The notes below the pieces were generated by a model. The model was not told the origin of the DNA. It searched no databases and was given only the letters and a program-made list of their open reading frames with translations. 64,000 bases of DNA from Firmicutes bacterium HGW-Firmicutes-14 (GTDB taxonomy: Bacteria > Bacillota > Thermincolia > Thermincolales > UBA2595): positions 25,886-89,885 of the forward strand of contig PHAB01000011.1 in NCBI GenBank assembly GCA_002840275.1, in the 5' to 3' direction. Positions 1 through 10,124 of the stretch are shown here, piece by piece; the stretch's first letter is position 1; each line of letters opens with the position of its first letter. A program made the position numbers and the translations under genes.

Positions 1-1
1 T

Positions 2-148
2 TATGAGGTCCGGGCAGCGGTATCTTTCTTCGGGGTAAAAAGCATGGATTTCCTGGTGGTTTCCGAACCCTTTGATTTCAATAAGACTAAAATTGAACTT
101 CCTAAGGGGCTTGTAGATAAGATGAACCAGGGGAGCGCTGCAAAGTAA
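2..148 (+). CDS. 3' end of an unidentified gene entering from outside the window
   Basis: Frame is open from the window edge (...VSFFGVKSMDFLVVSEPFDFNKTKIELPKGLVDKMNQGSAAK) to TAA 146-148. No family recognised. Confidence 0.3.
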   Translation, partial: YEVRAAVSFFGVKSMDFLVVSEPFDFNKTKIELPKGLVDKMNQGSAAK

Positions 149-153
149 AATGG

Positions 154-358
154 GCATATGTTCCGGTTTTAACCTTATACCATGGGAGGGGCAGATATGT
201 TCCTCCAGAACGAGTCTGATGTCCGTTTGTCCAACATAGCAGCTCTTAGCGCTTTAGCGCTTAGAGCTGTTATGTTGGGTAACAAACTGAATCGTAGCCG
301 TTCTGGAGGAATATATCTGCCCCTCTCTCGGTATTAAAGTTAAAACCGGAACATATGC
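154..358 (+). repeat. Hairpin-element family, copy 1 (inner unit 186-325 nested in a perfect 20-bp outer palindrome)
   Basis: 154-173 is the exact reverse complement of 339-358. The interior shares the core motifs GAACGAGTCTGATGTCCG (208-225) and GGGTAACAAACTGAATCGTAGCCGTTC (277-303) with copies at 46130, 52327 and 34959. Confidence 0.8.
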
Positions 359-367
359 ACCGTTTAC

Positions 368-709
368 TTATGTATTGTTCCCTTTGAAAGCGGCCATAGA
401 TGTGACCAGTGTTGAATTTGCTTTGGTAAAATATGTAATTCTAAGGATTTCGGCAATTGTATCATCAGATACACCCATGTGCCGCAGGACATTGGAAATT
501 GATTTGACCCCTTCATCGGCTCCTTCAGCTGCGTCTACAGCCAGGGAAATCATCAGTTTAGTCTTGATATCCAGTGTACTGTCCGAATAAACAAGTTCCT
601 GCAGTCCCTTCATCAGCTCAAAAAACTTCTCATCCCTGTCCTTGATAGCCGAGATAAATGGCAATAAATCCATGTTTGATACCCCTTTCGTCAAATTATT
701 TGTTGTCAT
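368..709 (-). CDS. Carboxymuconolactone decarboxylase / AhpD-like family protein
   Basis: 113-aa ORF with the typical CMD-family pattern (...DIKTKLMISLAVDAAEGADEGV...HMGVSDDTIAEIL). Confidence 0.65.
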   Translation of the reverse strand: MTTNNLTKGVSNMDLLPFISAIKDRDEKFFELMKGLQELVYSDSTLDIKTKLMISLAVDAAEGADEGVKSISNVLRHMGVSDDTIAEILRITYFTKANSTLVTSMAAFKGNNT

Positions 710-905
710 TGCTGCAAGTATTCTACACTTATTCAGTATATCCTGTTACCTGACACTGAATCAAAGGTTTTTAGCTTTATCTAAAACAAAGGTTTTAATT
801 TTTTCAGCTATCGTCCGTGCGAACATGCCCACTTTGCCTGTGTAGTGGTGGAATAGAACGGCATTGCTCAACTCGCAATATTATGATATTATATAGACAT
901 AAATA

Positions 906-1202
906 TTGATAGCAGGAGGGTTGATTATATTGCCGAACATCAGACCTATATCAGATTTAAGAAATAACTCCAACGAGATATCGGAATTCTGTCATAAAGA
1001 GCGTGAACCGGTTTTTATTACAAAAAACGGGGTTGGGGATTTAGTAGTTATGAGCATTGAAGTTTATGAACAGCAACAATCGCTGATTGAGCTTTATGCG
1101 AAATTGGCTGAAGCTGAAGCAGAAATTGCAAATGGCGATATTGGTGAGGATTTCTTCGAAGTAGCAAGAAAACTGAGAGGAAGTATTCATGCAAAAGTAT
1201 AA
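906..1202 (+). CDS. Type II antitoxin, Phd/YefM family
   Basis: N-terminus ...PISDLRNNSNEISEFCHKEREPVFITKNGVGDLVVMSIEVYE is typical of Phd/YefM. It overlaps the downstream toxin by 14 nt. The true start is possibly the internal TTG near 930. Confidence 0.75.
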   Translation: MIAGGLIILPNIRPISDLRNNSNEISEFCHKEREPVFITKNGVGDLVVMSIEVYEQQQSLIELYAKLAEAEAEIANGDIGEDFFEVARKLRGSIHAKV

Positions 1203-1491
1203 TATTAAGATTTTTTCCGCAGCAAAGAAAGACTTGGCTGATATAGTTGACTACATCAATGTGCATTCCCCACAGGCAGCAATGCATCAATATGATAATC
1301 TTATTGAGAAAATCGGAAGTCTTCAGAATATGCCGGAAAGATGTCCTTTGCTTAAAGATAATTTACTTCGGATAAGAGGTTATCGTATGCTTATTGCAGA
1401 TAATTACATGGTCTTTTTTATGATTACAGGCAATACGGTACAGATTCGGCGTATTCTCTATGGAGGAAGAAAATATGAGTGGCTGTTATAA
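1189..1491 (+). CDS. Type II toxin, RelE/ParE family
   Basis: 100-aa ORF (...AKKDLADIVDYI...RGYRMLIADNYMVFFMITGNTVQIRRILYGGRKY) with ParE/RelE-like layout, overlapping the upstream antitoxin. Confidence 0.75.
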   Translation: MQKYNIKIFSAAKKDLADIVDYINVHSPQAAMHQYDNLIEKIGSLQNMPERCPLLKDNLLRIRGYRMLIADNYMVFFMITGNTVQIRRILYGGRKYEWLL

Positions 1492-1691
1492 CACTCAGTC
1501 TCTCTGGTTTGGGCATTGCAGTTAAACGTATTTCAAAGCAGGAAAACATTTAACTCTCCCAATATGGGGGAGTTTATTATTATGTTGTAGAATTGCGCCG
1601 AAAAGCATATCCAGGGGCATATTATGCAGGAATATTCTTACTTCCATTGAATTATACTACTTTAGAGAGTCGAAAGGAGCAGTGATACCAA

Positions 1692-3035
1692 ATGACAGGG
1701 AGTTACGGTGAATTGGCAGGCCAGGTGGTTGATAAGGCCCAAAAACTTGGGGCCGATCAGTCAGAGGCCTTTTTAATTAAATCAAAGGACCTGACCATCG
1801 ATGTCCGGGAAGGCCGGGTGGAGACCCTTAAGCTGGCGGAAGACCGGGGGTTGGGACTTCGTGTGTTTAGAAAAGGAAGGATCGGATTTGCCTATACTTC
1901 TGATTTAAGCGATACTGCCATAGATGAAATCATCAGACAGTCTCTGGCCAACTCGGAAAAGACCAGTCCTGATGAGTTCAATATCATGCCTGAACCGGTG
2001 GGCAAATATGCCCAACTGGACCTTCTGGACCCGGAAATCAAAAGGATTTCCACTGACCGGAAAATAGAGATTGCTAAATTGATCGAAAAAACAGCCAGGG
2101 ATTTTGATAAGAGGATAGCTATTACAGAGAGGGCATCATATTTTGATGCTGAATATGAGGTTATCCTGGCAAACTCCCTGGGGGTCTCTGCCGGGTACCA
2201 GGGCGCCTATTGCGGGTGTTATGCCGATGTGGTGGCAGAAGAAAACGGGGATAACCAGACAGGGTTTGAATTAAAGATGACCCTTAATTTCAAGGACCTG
2301 GATCCCGAAAGAATCGGCCGGGCAGCGGCTGAAAAGGCGGTGAGGAAACTGGGGGCCGGTACGATAGGTACCCAGAAGGCGGTTGTGGTATTTGATCCCT
2401 ATATCGCCACCAGCTTCTTGGGAGTGATGGCACCGGCTCTGTCAGCTGAATCAGTGCAGAAAGGGAAATCTCTGTTTGCCGGGAAGGTGGGCAGGAAAGT
2501 TGCTTCAGATAAGGTTACCGTGGTGGATTACGGTTCAATGCCGGGAGGAATAGCTTCAGCTCCTTTTGACGGGGAAGGAGTGCCTACTTCTAAGACTGTC
2601 CTGATAAAGGACGGGGAACTGAAAGGGTATTTACACAATAATTATACGGCGGCAAAAGATAACGTAACATCCACCGGCAACGGGGTTAGGAGTTCTTTTA
2701 AGAGCGCACCGGAGGTTGGGACCACCAATTTCTATATTGAACCCGGAACTATAAGTCCTGATGACCTGGTCAAAGATATTGGGACAGGATTGTATATAAC
2801 AGATGTCATGGGTATGCATACGGCAAACCCTATTTCAGGGGATTTTTCCGTAGGGGCGGCCGGGATCTGGATAGAAAACGGCGGGTTTACAAAACCGGTA
2901 CGTGGTGTTGCCATTGCCGGAAATATTCTTGAACTGCTGAATGAGGTGGAAGGAGTCGGCTCAGACCTGACATTTTTTGGCAGCAAGGGGGCTCCTACCC
3001 TAAGGATTTCGAGAATGGTGGTCAGTGGGTCTTAA
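1692..3035 (+). CDS. pmbA: TldD/PmbA family metallopeptidase
   Basis: 447 aa. PmbA-like N-terminus (...ADQSEAFLIKSKDLTIDVREGRVETLK...GLGLRVF.KGRIGFAYTSDLS) and C-terminal GDFSVGAAGIWIENG motif. Confidence 0.85.
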   Translation: MTGSYGELAGQVVDKAQKLGADQSEAFLIKSKDLTIDVREGRVETLKLAEDRGLGLRVFRKGRIGFAYTSDLSDTAIDEIIRQSLANSEKTSPDEFNIMPEPVGKYAQLDLLDPEIKRISTDRKIEIAKLIEKTARDFDKRIAITERASYFDAEYEVILANSLGVSAGYQGAYCGCYADVVAEENGDNQTGFELKMTLNFKDLDPERIGRAAAEKAVRKLGAGTIGTQKAVVVFDPYIATSFLGVMAPALSAESVQKGKSLFAGKVGRKVASDKVTVVDYGSMPGGIASAPFDGEGVPTSKTVLIKDGELKGYLHNNYTAAKDNVTSTGNGVRSSFKSAPEVGTTNFYIEPGTISPDDLVKDIGTGLYITDVMGMHTANPISGDFSVGAAGIWIENGGFTKPVRGVAIAGNILELLNEVEGVGSDLTFFGSKGAPTLRISRMVVSGS

Positions 3036-3120
3036 TGATGATACAGTAGAAAACACTATTCAAATAAAAAAAATTGTGTTAAAATTTCAGAGTGGAATAT
3101 CATGACTTGGAGTGATAATT

Positions 3121-3576
3121 TTGGTAAAAATTCTGGTGGTTAACGGACCTAACCTAAATCTGCTGGGGACGAGGGAACCTGAGATATATGGTTCTATGGG
3201 CCTGGATGAGATAAACCGGCAGGTGGACGGGCTGGCCGGCCGGCTGGGACTCGAGCCGGAGTTTTTTCAGTCCAACCATGAGGGTGAAATCATAGACCGG
3301 ATCCAGGGATGTGGTTCTGAATGTAAAGGCATTCTTATCAATCCCGGGGCTTTTACCCATTACAGTTATGCCATAAGGGACGCGATTGCATCAATTGGAC
3401 TGCCTTGTGTGGAGGTACACCTGTCCAATATCCATGCCAGGGAAGAATTCAGAAAACAATCTGTTATTGCTCCTGTCTGTCTGGGTCAGGTTTCGGGTTT
3501 TGGCAGGCAGAGCTACCTGCTGGGTCTCCGGGCCTTAGCTGATAAGCTGAATAGCCGGGGTATTTCTGATGAATAA
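3121..3576 (+). CDS. aroQ: Type II 3-dehydroquinate dehydratase
   Basis: [23 protein letters not shown]...[16 protein letters not shown]...[15 protein letters not shown]. Start chosen at TTG 3121 after GGAGTGA; the ORF track starts at 3112. Confidence 0.92.
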   Translation: MVKILVVNGPNLNLLGTREPEIYGSMGLDEINRQVDGLAGRLGLEPEFFQSNHEGEIIDRIQGCGSECKGILINPGAFTHYSYAIRDAIASIGLPCVEVHLSNIHAREEFRKQSVIAPVCLGQVSGFGRQSYLLGLRALADKLNSRGISDE

Positions 3577-4636
3577 CAGAATTGAGGCGGTCAGGGCTGT
3601 TGTTAGGGAAAAGGGGCTTGACGGCCTGATAATTTCAAAGCAGGAAAACCGGCAGTACCTGAGTGGTTTTACCGGTACGGACGGGGTTCTGCTTATAACT
3701 GCAGCAGATAATCTGCTGATTACTGATTTCAGATATCTTGACCAGGCGGCTGAAGAAGCGCCGGAATTCAGGGTAATCAGGCCATTGAGTCTCGTTGAAG
3801 ATGCCCTGAGCGAGCAGGTCAAAGGACTCGGACTTAAAAGAATTGGGTTTGAAGATGAGAATATCGCCTTTAGTACTTATTATAAATATCAGGGAAAAAT
3901 GCCGGGGGTGGAACTGGTACCCCTGAGCCAGGCCGTTGAAAAGGTAAGATGGATAAAGGATGGCAGGGAACTGGATTACATAAGAAAGGCGGCTGCTATA
4001 ACTGACATTACCTTTGATCACCTGCTGGATTTTATACGCCCCGGGGTAGCCGAATCCGAGCTGGCCCTGGAAATTGAATATTTTATGAAGAGAAAAGGGG
4101 CGCAGAAATCTGCATTTGATATAATTGTGGCTTCAGGACCCAGGGCAGCCCTTCCTCATGGAACAGCTTCAGATAAAAAGCTGGAAATTGGAGAGTTTAT
4201 AGTCCTGGATTTTGGCGCTGTTGTGAACGGATACCACTCGGATATGACCAGGACCGTAGTTCTTGGTGACGCTGATAACCAGCAGCGGGAAATCTATGAC
4301 ATTGTTCTGAGGGCCCAGGAGAAGGCTGTCAATATGATAAAACCGGGAACAAAATGTTCCGGGATAGACCTGGCAGCCCGTGACCTGATAAGCCTGCACG
4401 GTTATGGGGCAAATTTCGGTCATAGTCTTGGTCATGCTGTTGGCCTTGAAATTCATGAAAAGCCCGGCTTTTCCCCTAAAGATGAAACACTTTTGGAACC
4501 GGGCATGGTTTTGACAGTGGAGCCCGGCATATATCTTAGCGGTTGGGGCGGGGTACGTATAGAAGACCTGATTGTTGTAACAGAAGACGGCTGTGAGGTA
4601 CTGTCAGGTTCTTCCAGGGCTTTAATCAGTTTATAA
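3569..4636 (+). CDS. pepP: Xaa-Pro aminopeptidase (M24B)
   Basis: 355 aa with creatinase N-domain plus M24 metal ligands ([18 protein letters not shown]...[14 protein letters not shown]...VEPGIY...RIED). Classic position upstream of efp. Confidence 0.9.
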   Translation: MNNRIEAVRAVVREKGLDGLIISKQENRQYLSGFTGTDGVLLITAADNLLITDFRYLDQAAEEAPEFRVIRPLSLVEDALSEQVKGLGLKRIGFEDENIAFSTYYKYQGKMPGVELVPLSQAVEKVRWIKDGRELDYIRKAAAITDITFDHLLDFIRPGVAESELALEIEYFMKRKGAQKSAFDIIVASGPRAALPHGTASDKKLEIGEFIVLDFGAVVNGYHSDMTRTVVLGDADNQQREIYDIVLRAQEKAVNMIKPGTKCSGIDLAARDLISLHGYGANFGHSLGHAVGLEIHEKPGFSPKDETLLEPGMVLTVEPGIYLSGWGGVRIEDLIVVTEDGCEVLSGSSRALISL

Positions 4637-4686
4637 AGTATCGTCTGCAAATAAATTTCCACTAAATGAGGGAGGTATGCTGACAA

Positions 4687-5244
4687 ATGATTTCTACCAA
4701 TGATTTTAAAACAGGGTTAACAATTGAACTGGACGGTGACGCATTTACCGTGGTGGACTTCCAGCATGTAAAACCCGGTAAAGGTTCGGCATTTGTGCGT
4801 TCCAAACTGAAAAATGTCCGTACAGGTGCTGTCATTGAAAAGACTTTCAATGCCGGTGAAAAAGTTCCCAGGGCACACCTCGAGAGAAGGCAGATGCAAT
4901 ACCTCTATAATGACGGAGAATCATATAATTTTATGGACAACCAAAGTTATGAACAGCTGAACATTACCAAAGAACAGCTGGGGGATGCAGTGAAATTACT
5001 CAAAGAAAACACTGATGTCCATGTACTGGTTTACCAGGGCAAAGTGATTGGGGTAGAACTTCCCAATTCGGTGGAACTCGAGGTGACTGAAACAGAACCT
5101 GGTATCAAGGGCGATACTGCTTCAGGCGGGTCGAAACCGGCCACCCTGGAAACAGGCGCTGTTGTACAGGTGCCCTTCTTCGTAGAAATTGGGGACAGGC
5201 TTTTGATTGATACCCGCACAGGGAGCTATTTAAAACGGGCTTAA
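4687..5244 (+). CDS. efp: Translation elongation factor P
   Basis: [17 protein letters not shown]...[22 protein letters not shown]... Confidence 0.97.
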   Translation: MISTNDFKTGLTIELDGDAFTVVDFQHVKPGKGSAFVRSKLKNVRTGAVIEKTFNAGEKVPRAHLERRQMQYLYNDGESYNFMDNQSYEQLNITKEQLGDAVKLLKENTDVHVLVYQGKVIGVELPNSVELEVTETEPGIKGDTASGGSKPATLETGAVVQVPFFVEIGDRLLIDTRTGSYLKRA

Positions 5245-5341
5245 CCTTAAGTTGGTTGTATTAGCGATTATTTGGTTTAAATTGCCCCAAAACAGATATA
5301 CTAATATAGCAGAAGACATATAAAATAAAGGGGGTAAACCG

Positions 5342-5770
5342 ATGAAACATCTCAAGGAAAAAGTAGCATACCTCCAGGGTTTGGCCCAGGGGTTGGATAT
5401 TGGGGATGCCACCAAAGAAGGCAAGGTATTGTCGGAAATCATCAATGTCCTGGGTGAGATGGCCGGCCAGATTGAAGACATCGAAACTGCCCAAAATGAC
5501 CTGGAAGACTACGTGGAAAGCATTGATGAGGACCTTTACGACCTGGAAGACGACCTGCTTGGAGATTTGGATGAAGAGGACCTGATTGAGATTGAATGTC
5601 CAAACTGCCGGGAAATTGTGTGTTTTGAAGCCGACATAGTGGATGACGAGGACTTAATCGAAGTAACATGTCCTAACTGTGATGAAGTTGTTTATATAAA
5701 CGATCAGGACATCCTGAACGGAACCAATGACGGAGAATCCATGGTCGGGTTAAAAGACGAAGATTTATAA
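5342..5770 (+). CDS. Acidic protein with C-terminal double CxxC zinc-ribbon (conserved clostridial gene upstream of spoIIIA)
   Basis: 142 aa with a very Asp/Glu-rich centre and two CPNC motifs (IECPNCREIV, VTCPNCDEVV). Confidence 0.6.
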   Translation: MKHLKEKVAYLQGLAQGLDIGDATKEGKVLSEIINVLGEMAGQIEDIETAQNDLEDYVESIDEDLYDLEDDLLGDLDEEDLIEIECPNCREIVCFEADIVDDEDLIEVTCPNCDEVVYINDQDILNGTNDGESMVGLKDEDL

Positions 5771-5821
5771 GCATACAACCCACGGACTTTTTAACTGCAT
5801 ATACGGTAGTGCTGCATAAAC

Positions 5822-5875
5822 AGTCAGACTGCTTGATTCAGGGAATAACCTGAACAGTGGTCTGACTTTTTTCTT
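5822..5875 (+). terminator. Rho-independent terminator
   Basis: AGTCAGAC (5822-5829) pairs with GTCTGACT (5860-5867), followed by a T-run. Confidence 0.7.
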
Positions 5876-5934
5876 TCTGTCTATCATAATTAACCCCGGC
5901 TCTCAATATGTATATAAGGAAGGGGGGACAAAGT

Positions 5935-7005
5935 ATGACTGCAGGCATTACCGACACGAAGCAGTGTAAGAAAAATGTTGATACGATGGTCTGCCTGATG
6001 TCCCGGGATATCCTCCCTGTCCTTCCCAACAGGATCAGGGAGATGGTCACAGAACTTCCGGGTGATATCCTTGACCAGGTCGAGGAAATCCGCCTGCGCC
6101 AGGGTAAACCCCTGCTAGTGGGTCTGAATGACCGGGATGTTATTGTTACTCCCCTGGGACAAATGACAACAGTGCCTGAATTTGGATATACAGTAACTGA
6201 TAAGGACCTTATGAGGGCGCTGCAGCTTATCAGCAGTTCCTCGGTATATGCCTTTGAGGAAGAAATCAGGAATGGATTTATTACTGTCAGGGGCGGGCAC
6301 AGGGTAGGGATATCGGGAAAAGTCATTGTGGACAAGGGCAGGGTCAGGACTTTTAAGTATATAACAGGATTGAATATCAGGGTTGCGCGGGAAATAACCG
6401 GTGTGGCCGACAGGGTTGTTTCTTATCTGTTAAACGCAGAAACCGGGGATGTATACCATACCCTAATAATTTCACCTCCACGGTGTGGAAAGACCACACT
6501 CCTCAGGGATATTATCAGGCAGCTAAGCTGCGGCATCCCGAAGCTCGGTTTCGGGGGCTGTACCGTGGGGGTTGTTGATGAAAGGTCTGAAATTGCCGGA
6601 TGCTACTATGGTGTACCCCAGAAAGATGTGGGAATCCGGACCGATGTGCTGGATGGCTGCCCCAAAGCGGAGGGAATGATGATGCTTATCCGTTCCATGG
6701 GACCCGCGTTAATAGCTGCTGATGAGATAGGCAAACCCGAGGATGCAACTGCCGTAGAAGAGGCCCTGAATGCGGGGATAAAGCTGCTTACCACCGCCCA
6801 TGGTAAAGACCGGGAAGAGATTGCCCAAAGGCCGGTTCTCAAATATATAATTGAACAGGGTATTTTCGAACGGCTGATAATCCTGGGAAGGTCCAGAGGG
6901 GTTGGGACAGTGGAAGACATAATTGACTGTAAAAACAGCGGGTCACTCATATATAACAACAGAACCGGGAGGGCAGTAACTGACAGGGAAAACATTAACG
7001 AATGA
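5935..7005 (+). CDS. spoIIIAA: Stage III sporulation protein AA (ATPase)
   Basis: Walker A (SPPRCGKTTLLRD) and Walker B (LIAADEIG). First gene of an eight-gene spoIIIA operon. ATG 5935 follows GGAAGGGGGG; the ORF track starts at 5908. Confidence 0.9.
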   Translation: MTAGITDTKQCKKNVDTMVCLMSRDILPVLPNRIREMVTELPGDILDQVEEIRLRQGKPLLVGLNDRDVIVTPLGQMTTVPEFGYTVTDKDLMRALQLISSSSVYAFEEEIRNGFITVRGGHRVGISGKVIVDKGRVRTFKYITGLNIRVAREITGVADRVVSYLLNAETGDVYHTLIISPPRCGKTTLLRDIIRQLSCGIPKLGFGGCTVGVVDERSEIAGCYYGVPQKDVGIRTDVLDGCPKAEGMMMLIRSMGPALIAADEIGKPEDATAVEEALNAGIKLLTTAHGKDREEIAQRPVLKYIIEQGIFERLIILGRSRGVGTVEDIIDCKNSGSLIYNNRTGRAVTDRENINE

Positions 7006-7006
7006 G

Positions 7007-7537
7007 GTGTGTACAGTGGTGTTGAAACTGATTGGGGCATGTATGACCCTGGGCGCCTGTGGGAGCATGGGCCTGGTCTGGGCGGGGGTACATGAAAAAC
7101 GGCCAAGACAGCTGACTGCCCTGGAAGGTGCGCTTCAACTGCTGGAAACCGAAATAACTTACGGCGCTACTCCTCTTCCGGAGGCAATGGAACAGGTGGC
7201 AGGACGTTGTGACCCGCAGGCGGCCGGATTGTTCATGATGACTGCCCGGGAATTTGCGAAAATGGGCGGGGTTACCGCTGCCGAGGCATGGGAAAGGGCG
7301 CTCGGACGGTTCTTTCCGGCTACTGCTCTGGATGAGACAGATTTGAATATTCTTATCAGGTTTGGGGCATCCCTCGGCATATCGGACAGACAGGATCAGG
7401 CGAAACACCTGAAGCTGGCCATGAACCAGCTCAAAGCCGCTGCAGGCAGGGCAGAAGCAGAGGCCAGGAAAAACTCGAACATTTTTAAATACCTGGGGTT
7501 TTTGGGTGGAATGCTCCTGGTTCTGATCCTTTACTGA
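7007..7537 (+). CDS. spoIIIAB: Stage III sporulation protein AB
   Basis: 176 aa, N-terminal TM segment, operon position 2. Confidence 0.85.
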   Translation: MCTVVLKLIGACMTLGACGSMGLVWAGVHEKRPRQLTALEGALQLLETEITYGATPLPEAMEQVAGRCDPQAAGLFMMTAREFAKMGGVTAAEAWERALGRFFPATALDETDLNILIRFGASLGISDRQDQAKHLKLAMNQLKAAAGRAEAEARKNSNIFKYLGFLGGMLLVLILY

Positions 7538-7561
7538 CAACTAAAAAAGGAGGAATAGTTT

Positions 7562-7759
7562 ATGGATACAGAACTGATTTTTCAGTTGGCCGGGATAAGC
7601 ATTGTCATAACAGTTATCTATACTGTCCTGAAACAGGCCGGCCGGGATGAGTTTGCCTTTTCCACCCTGCTGCTGGGTATAGTAGTTGTCCTGGCCATGG
7701 TTATTCCCAAGATTGCGAACCTGTTTGAAACCGTCCGGTCAGTTTTCCGGATATATTAG
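7562..7759 (+). CDS. spoIIIAC: Stage III sporulation protein AC
   Basis: 65-aa two-TM protein (...FQLAGISIVITVIYTVLKQAGRDE...), operon position 3. Confidence 0.9.
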   Translation: MDTELIFQLAGISIVITVIYTVLKQAGRDEFAFSTLLLGIVVVLAMVIPKIANLFETVRSVFRIY

Positions 7760-7778
7760 TTTCCCGGGAAAATAAGAG

Positions 7779-8174
7779 GTGAATGCCTTGGAAATCTTAA
7801 AAATTGTCGGATTAGGCCTGGTGGTCACAATCCTGGTAGTAATTATTAAACAGCAGAGACCTGAACTTGCGATTCAGCTGAGTATCGTGGCCGGAGTTGT
7901 CATTTTCTCCATGATGCTGGGGAAAATCAATTCTGTTGTTACCCTTATGCATGAACTGGCCCAAAAATCCAGTATAAGTATCCTCTACTTGGGGACAATC
8001 CTTAAAATTGTCGGAGTTGCTTATATCGCTGAATTCGGAGCCCAGGTATGCCGTGATGCCGGTGAGGGCACGATTGCAGCAAAAATTGAGTTTGCCGCTA
8101 AAGTGATAGTGATTGTCCTGGCTGTTCCCATAATTGTGGCGGTTTTTGATTCCCTCCTGAAATTATTGCCATAG
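7779..8174 (+). CDS. spoIIIAD: Stage III sporulation protein AD
   Basis: 131-aa polytopic membrane protein (...AYIAEFGAQVCRDAGEG.IA.KIE.A.K), operon position 4. Confidence 0.9.
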   Translation: MNALEILKIVGLGLVVTILVVIIKQQRPELAIQLSIVAGVVIFSMMLGKINSVVTLMHELAQKSSISILYLGTILKIVGVAYIAEFGAQVCRDAGEGTIAAKIEFAAKVIVIVLAVPIIVAVFDSLLKLLP

Positions 8175-8240
8175 AAGCATAAGGATTGGGAGTTGACAGG
8201 CCGGGATAGGTAAAAAACAGGGCGGGTCAGGAGGCAGAAA

Positions 8241-9494
8241 ATGTGGAATCAGGCCAAGACAAACAAAAGAACGATAACAGGTATCCTCATCATAATCTGT
8301 CTGTCAATATTCTTCCCGGCGCTCCCGGGTTGCGGGATGCAGAAAGCCCTGGCGGCAGGAACCGCAGGGAGCGGTATTCCGGGGGAAGATTCTGAAGCAG
8401 TTGTTTCCCAGAGCCTGGAGGAATATATGCCGGGTGTGGACCTGGAAACAGTGGAAAAGTTCCTGGAAGAAATGGACAGGGACATTAAAGCCTATATGCC
8501 TGAGCTGGATTTGAAAGAAATGGTCTACAAACTTGCCCGGGGTGAGCTGGGAATAAGCGCTGTGGAAATAATGAAAGGCCTTATTAAATACTTATTTAAA
8601 GAATTGGTTGCCAACTCGCGGCTGCTGGGGCAGCTGCTGATATTGGCTGTATTGTGTGCAATCCTTCAGAATGTCCAGTCTGCCTTTGAACAGGGCACAG
8701 TAGGTAAAATCGCATGGTTTGTATGTTTCCTGGTCCTCCTGTCCCTGGCCCTGGGTTCCTTCACCATCGCCTTACAGACCGGCAGGCAGGCAATCGAAGA
8801 TATGGTTGCCTTTATGAATGCTATGCTGCCTGTCCTGATAACATTGCTGACTGCGATGGGAAACGTAACATCTGCCGCACTTTTCCATCCCCTGACTATT
8901 GTAGTGCTCAGCACCATCAGTACCCTGGTAAAGAATGTGGTTTTTCCCCTCATATTTTTTGCTGTGGTCCTGGGGCTTGCCAATAATATCACTTCCCGGG
9001 TTGAAGTATCCAGGCTGGCAAGCCTGCTTAAGGAATGGAGTGTGGGTCTTCTGGGCCTGTTTTTTACAGTTTTCATCGGTTTTATGATGGTTCAGGGAAT
9101 CGCCGGGGCAGTTGCCGATGGGATCGCCATGAGGACGGCAAAGTTTGGTATCGGGGTTTTTGTACCGGTTGTCGGGAAGCTTTTTTCCGATGCCCTGGAA
9201 GCGGTAGTTGGAACCTCTTTGCTGCTGAAGAATGCAGTGGGACTGGTAGGGATTCTGGCGGTTTTTTTTATATGTGCTTTCCCGGTATTAAAGATTGTAT
9301 CAATCATGATTATTTATAAAACTGCAGCGGCTGTCATCCAGCCAATCGGCGACAAATTAATAGCAGATTCCCTGAATGTTATGGGGAACAGCCTTACAAT
9401 AGTGTTTGCCGCCGTGACAGCGGTGGGTATCATGTTCTTTTTTGTTATTGCCATAGTGGTGGGCGCCGGGGATTTCAGCCTGATGTTGAGGTAA
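8241..9494 (+). CDS. spoIIIAE: Stage III sporulation protein AE
   Basis: 417-aa polytopic membrane protein with signal/lipobox-like N-terminus, operon position 5. Confidence 0.9.
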   Translation: MWNQAKTNKRTITGILIIICLSIFFPALPGCGMQKALAAGTAGSGIPGEDSEAVVSQSLEEYMPGVDLETVEKFLEEMDRDIKAYMPELDLKEMVYKLARGELGISAVEIMKGLIKYLFKELVANSRLLGQLLILAVLCAILQNVQSAFEQGTVGKIAWFVCFLVLLSLALGSFTIALQTGRQAIEDMVAFMNAMLPVLITLLTAMGNVTSAALFHPLTIVVLSTISTLVKNVVFPLIFFAVVLGLANNITSRVEVSRLASLLKEWSVGLLGLFFTVFIGFMMVQGIAGAVADGIAMRTAKFGIGVFVPVVGKLFSDALEAVVGTSLLLKNAVGLVGILAVFFICAFPVLKIVSIMIIYKTAAAVIQPIGDKLIADSLNVMGNSLTIVFAAVTAVGIMFFFVIAIVVGAGDFSLMLR

Positions 9495-9509
9495 CGGGGG
9501 AAAAGAAAT

Positions 9510-10121
9510 ATGGATACTGTGAGGGTGATAGTAAAAAGTATATTAATAATAATAATGATGACGGCGTTCCTGGAGATAGTTCTCCCCAGAAGTGACATGA
9601 AGCGCTACATCAACCTGATAATCGGGTTGTTTGTCATTATAGCTGTATTGAACCCATTCTTAAGCCTGGTCAGCAAGCCCCTGGATTTTGACGTACTTGG
9701 TCTGGAGGGTGCCCAGGGGAGCAGTGATACAGAATCCCTGATCAAGAAGGGAAAAGATATTGCCCAAAAGGGCCGGGAACAGGCCGTAAGCAGTTATAAG
9801 GAAAAGCTCTCCGGGCAGATTATGGCCTTGTCTGCATTTTACCGGGATGCAAATGTCACCCGGGCAGATGTTGATATTGTGGAAGACCCGGGTGATGAAG
9901 ATTTTGGACAGATACGGAAAGTGGTGCTTATTGTCGGCGGACCTGATGACAGAGTTTTGGACAGTTCCCCGGTGAAAGTGGATGAAATAGATGTAAGCGC
10001 CGGGCCTGGGGATGAAAAAAAAGAGGAATCAGGGCCTGCTTCAGAGGGGTATGGGGAGTTGAAAGAACTGGTTGCCGGTTTTTATGGACTGACCCCGGAA
10101 CAGGTGGTCATAAGGAAATAG
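9510..10121 (+). CDS. spoIIIAF: Stage III sporulation protein AF
   Basis: 203 aa with two N-terminal TM segments (...ILIIIMMTAFLEIVLP...YINLIIGLFVIIAVLNP), operon position 6. Confidence 0.8.
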   Translation: MDTVRVIVKSILIIIMMTAFLEIVLPRSDMKRYINLIIGLFVIIAVLNPFLSLVSKPLDFDVLGLEGAQGSSDTESLIKKGKDIAQKGREQAVSSYKEKLSGQIMALSAFYRDANVTRADVDIVEDPGDEDFGQIRKVVLIVGGPDDRVLDSSPVKVDEIDVSAGPGDEKKEESGPASEGYGELKELVAGFYGLTPEQVVIRK

Positions 10122-10124
10122 GAG

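Noticed and set aside
208-225. Hammerhead ribozyme core (CUGAUG in copy 1 of the hairpin element)
   Set aside because: The string is CUGACA in copies 2 and 4. No conserved GAAA or cleavage-site context is present, and the helix arrangement does not fit a three-way junction.
154-358. Retron msr/msd interpretation of the long hairpins
   Set aside because: No reverse transcriptase gene is adjacent to any of the four copies. Multiple copies at convergent junctions are not retron-like.
5838-7540. Long antisense ORFs across spoIIIAA/AB (5838-6335, 6606-7106, 6995-7540, all on the - strand)
   Set aside because: They are opposite well-supported spoIIIA genes. Their Ser/Pro/Arg-rich composition is typical of antisense frames, and they have no RBS.
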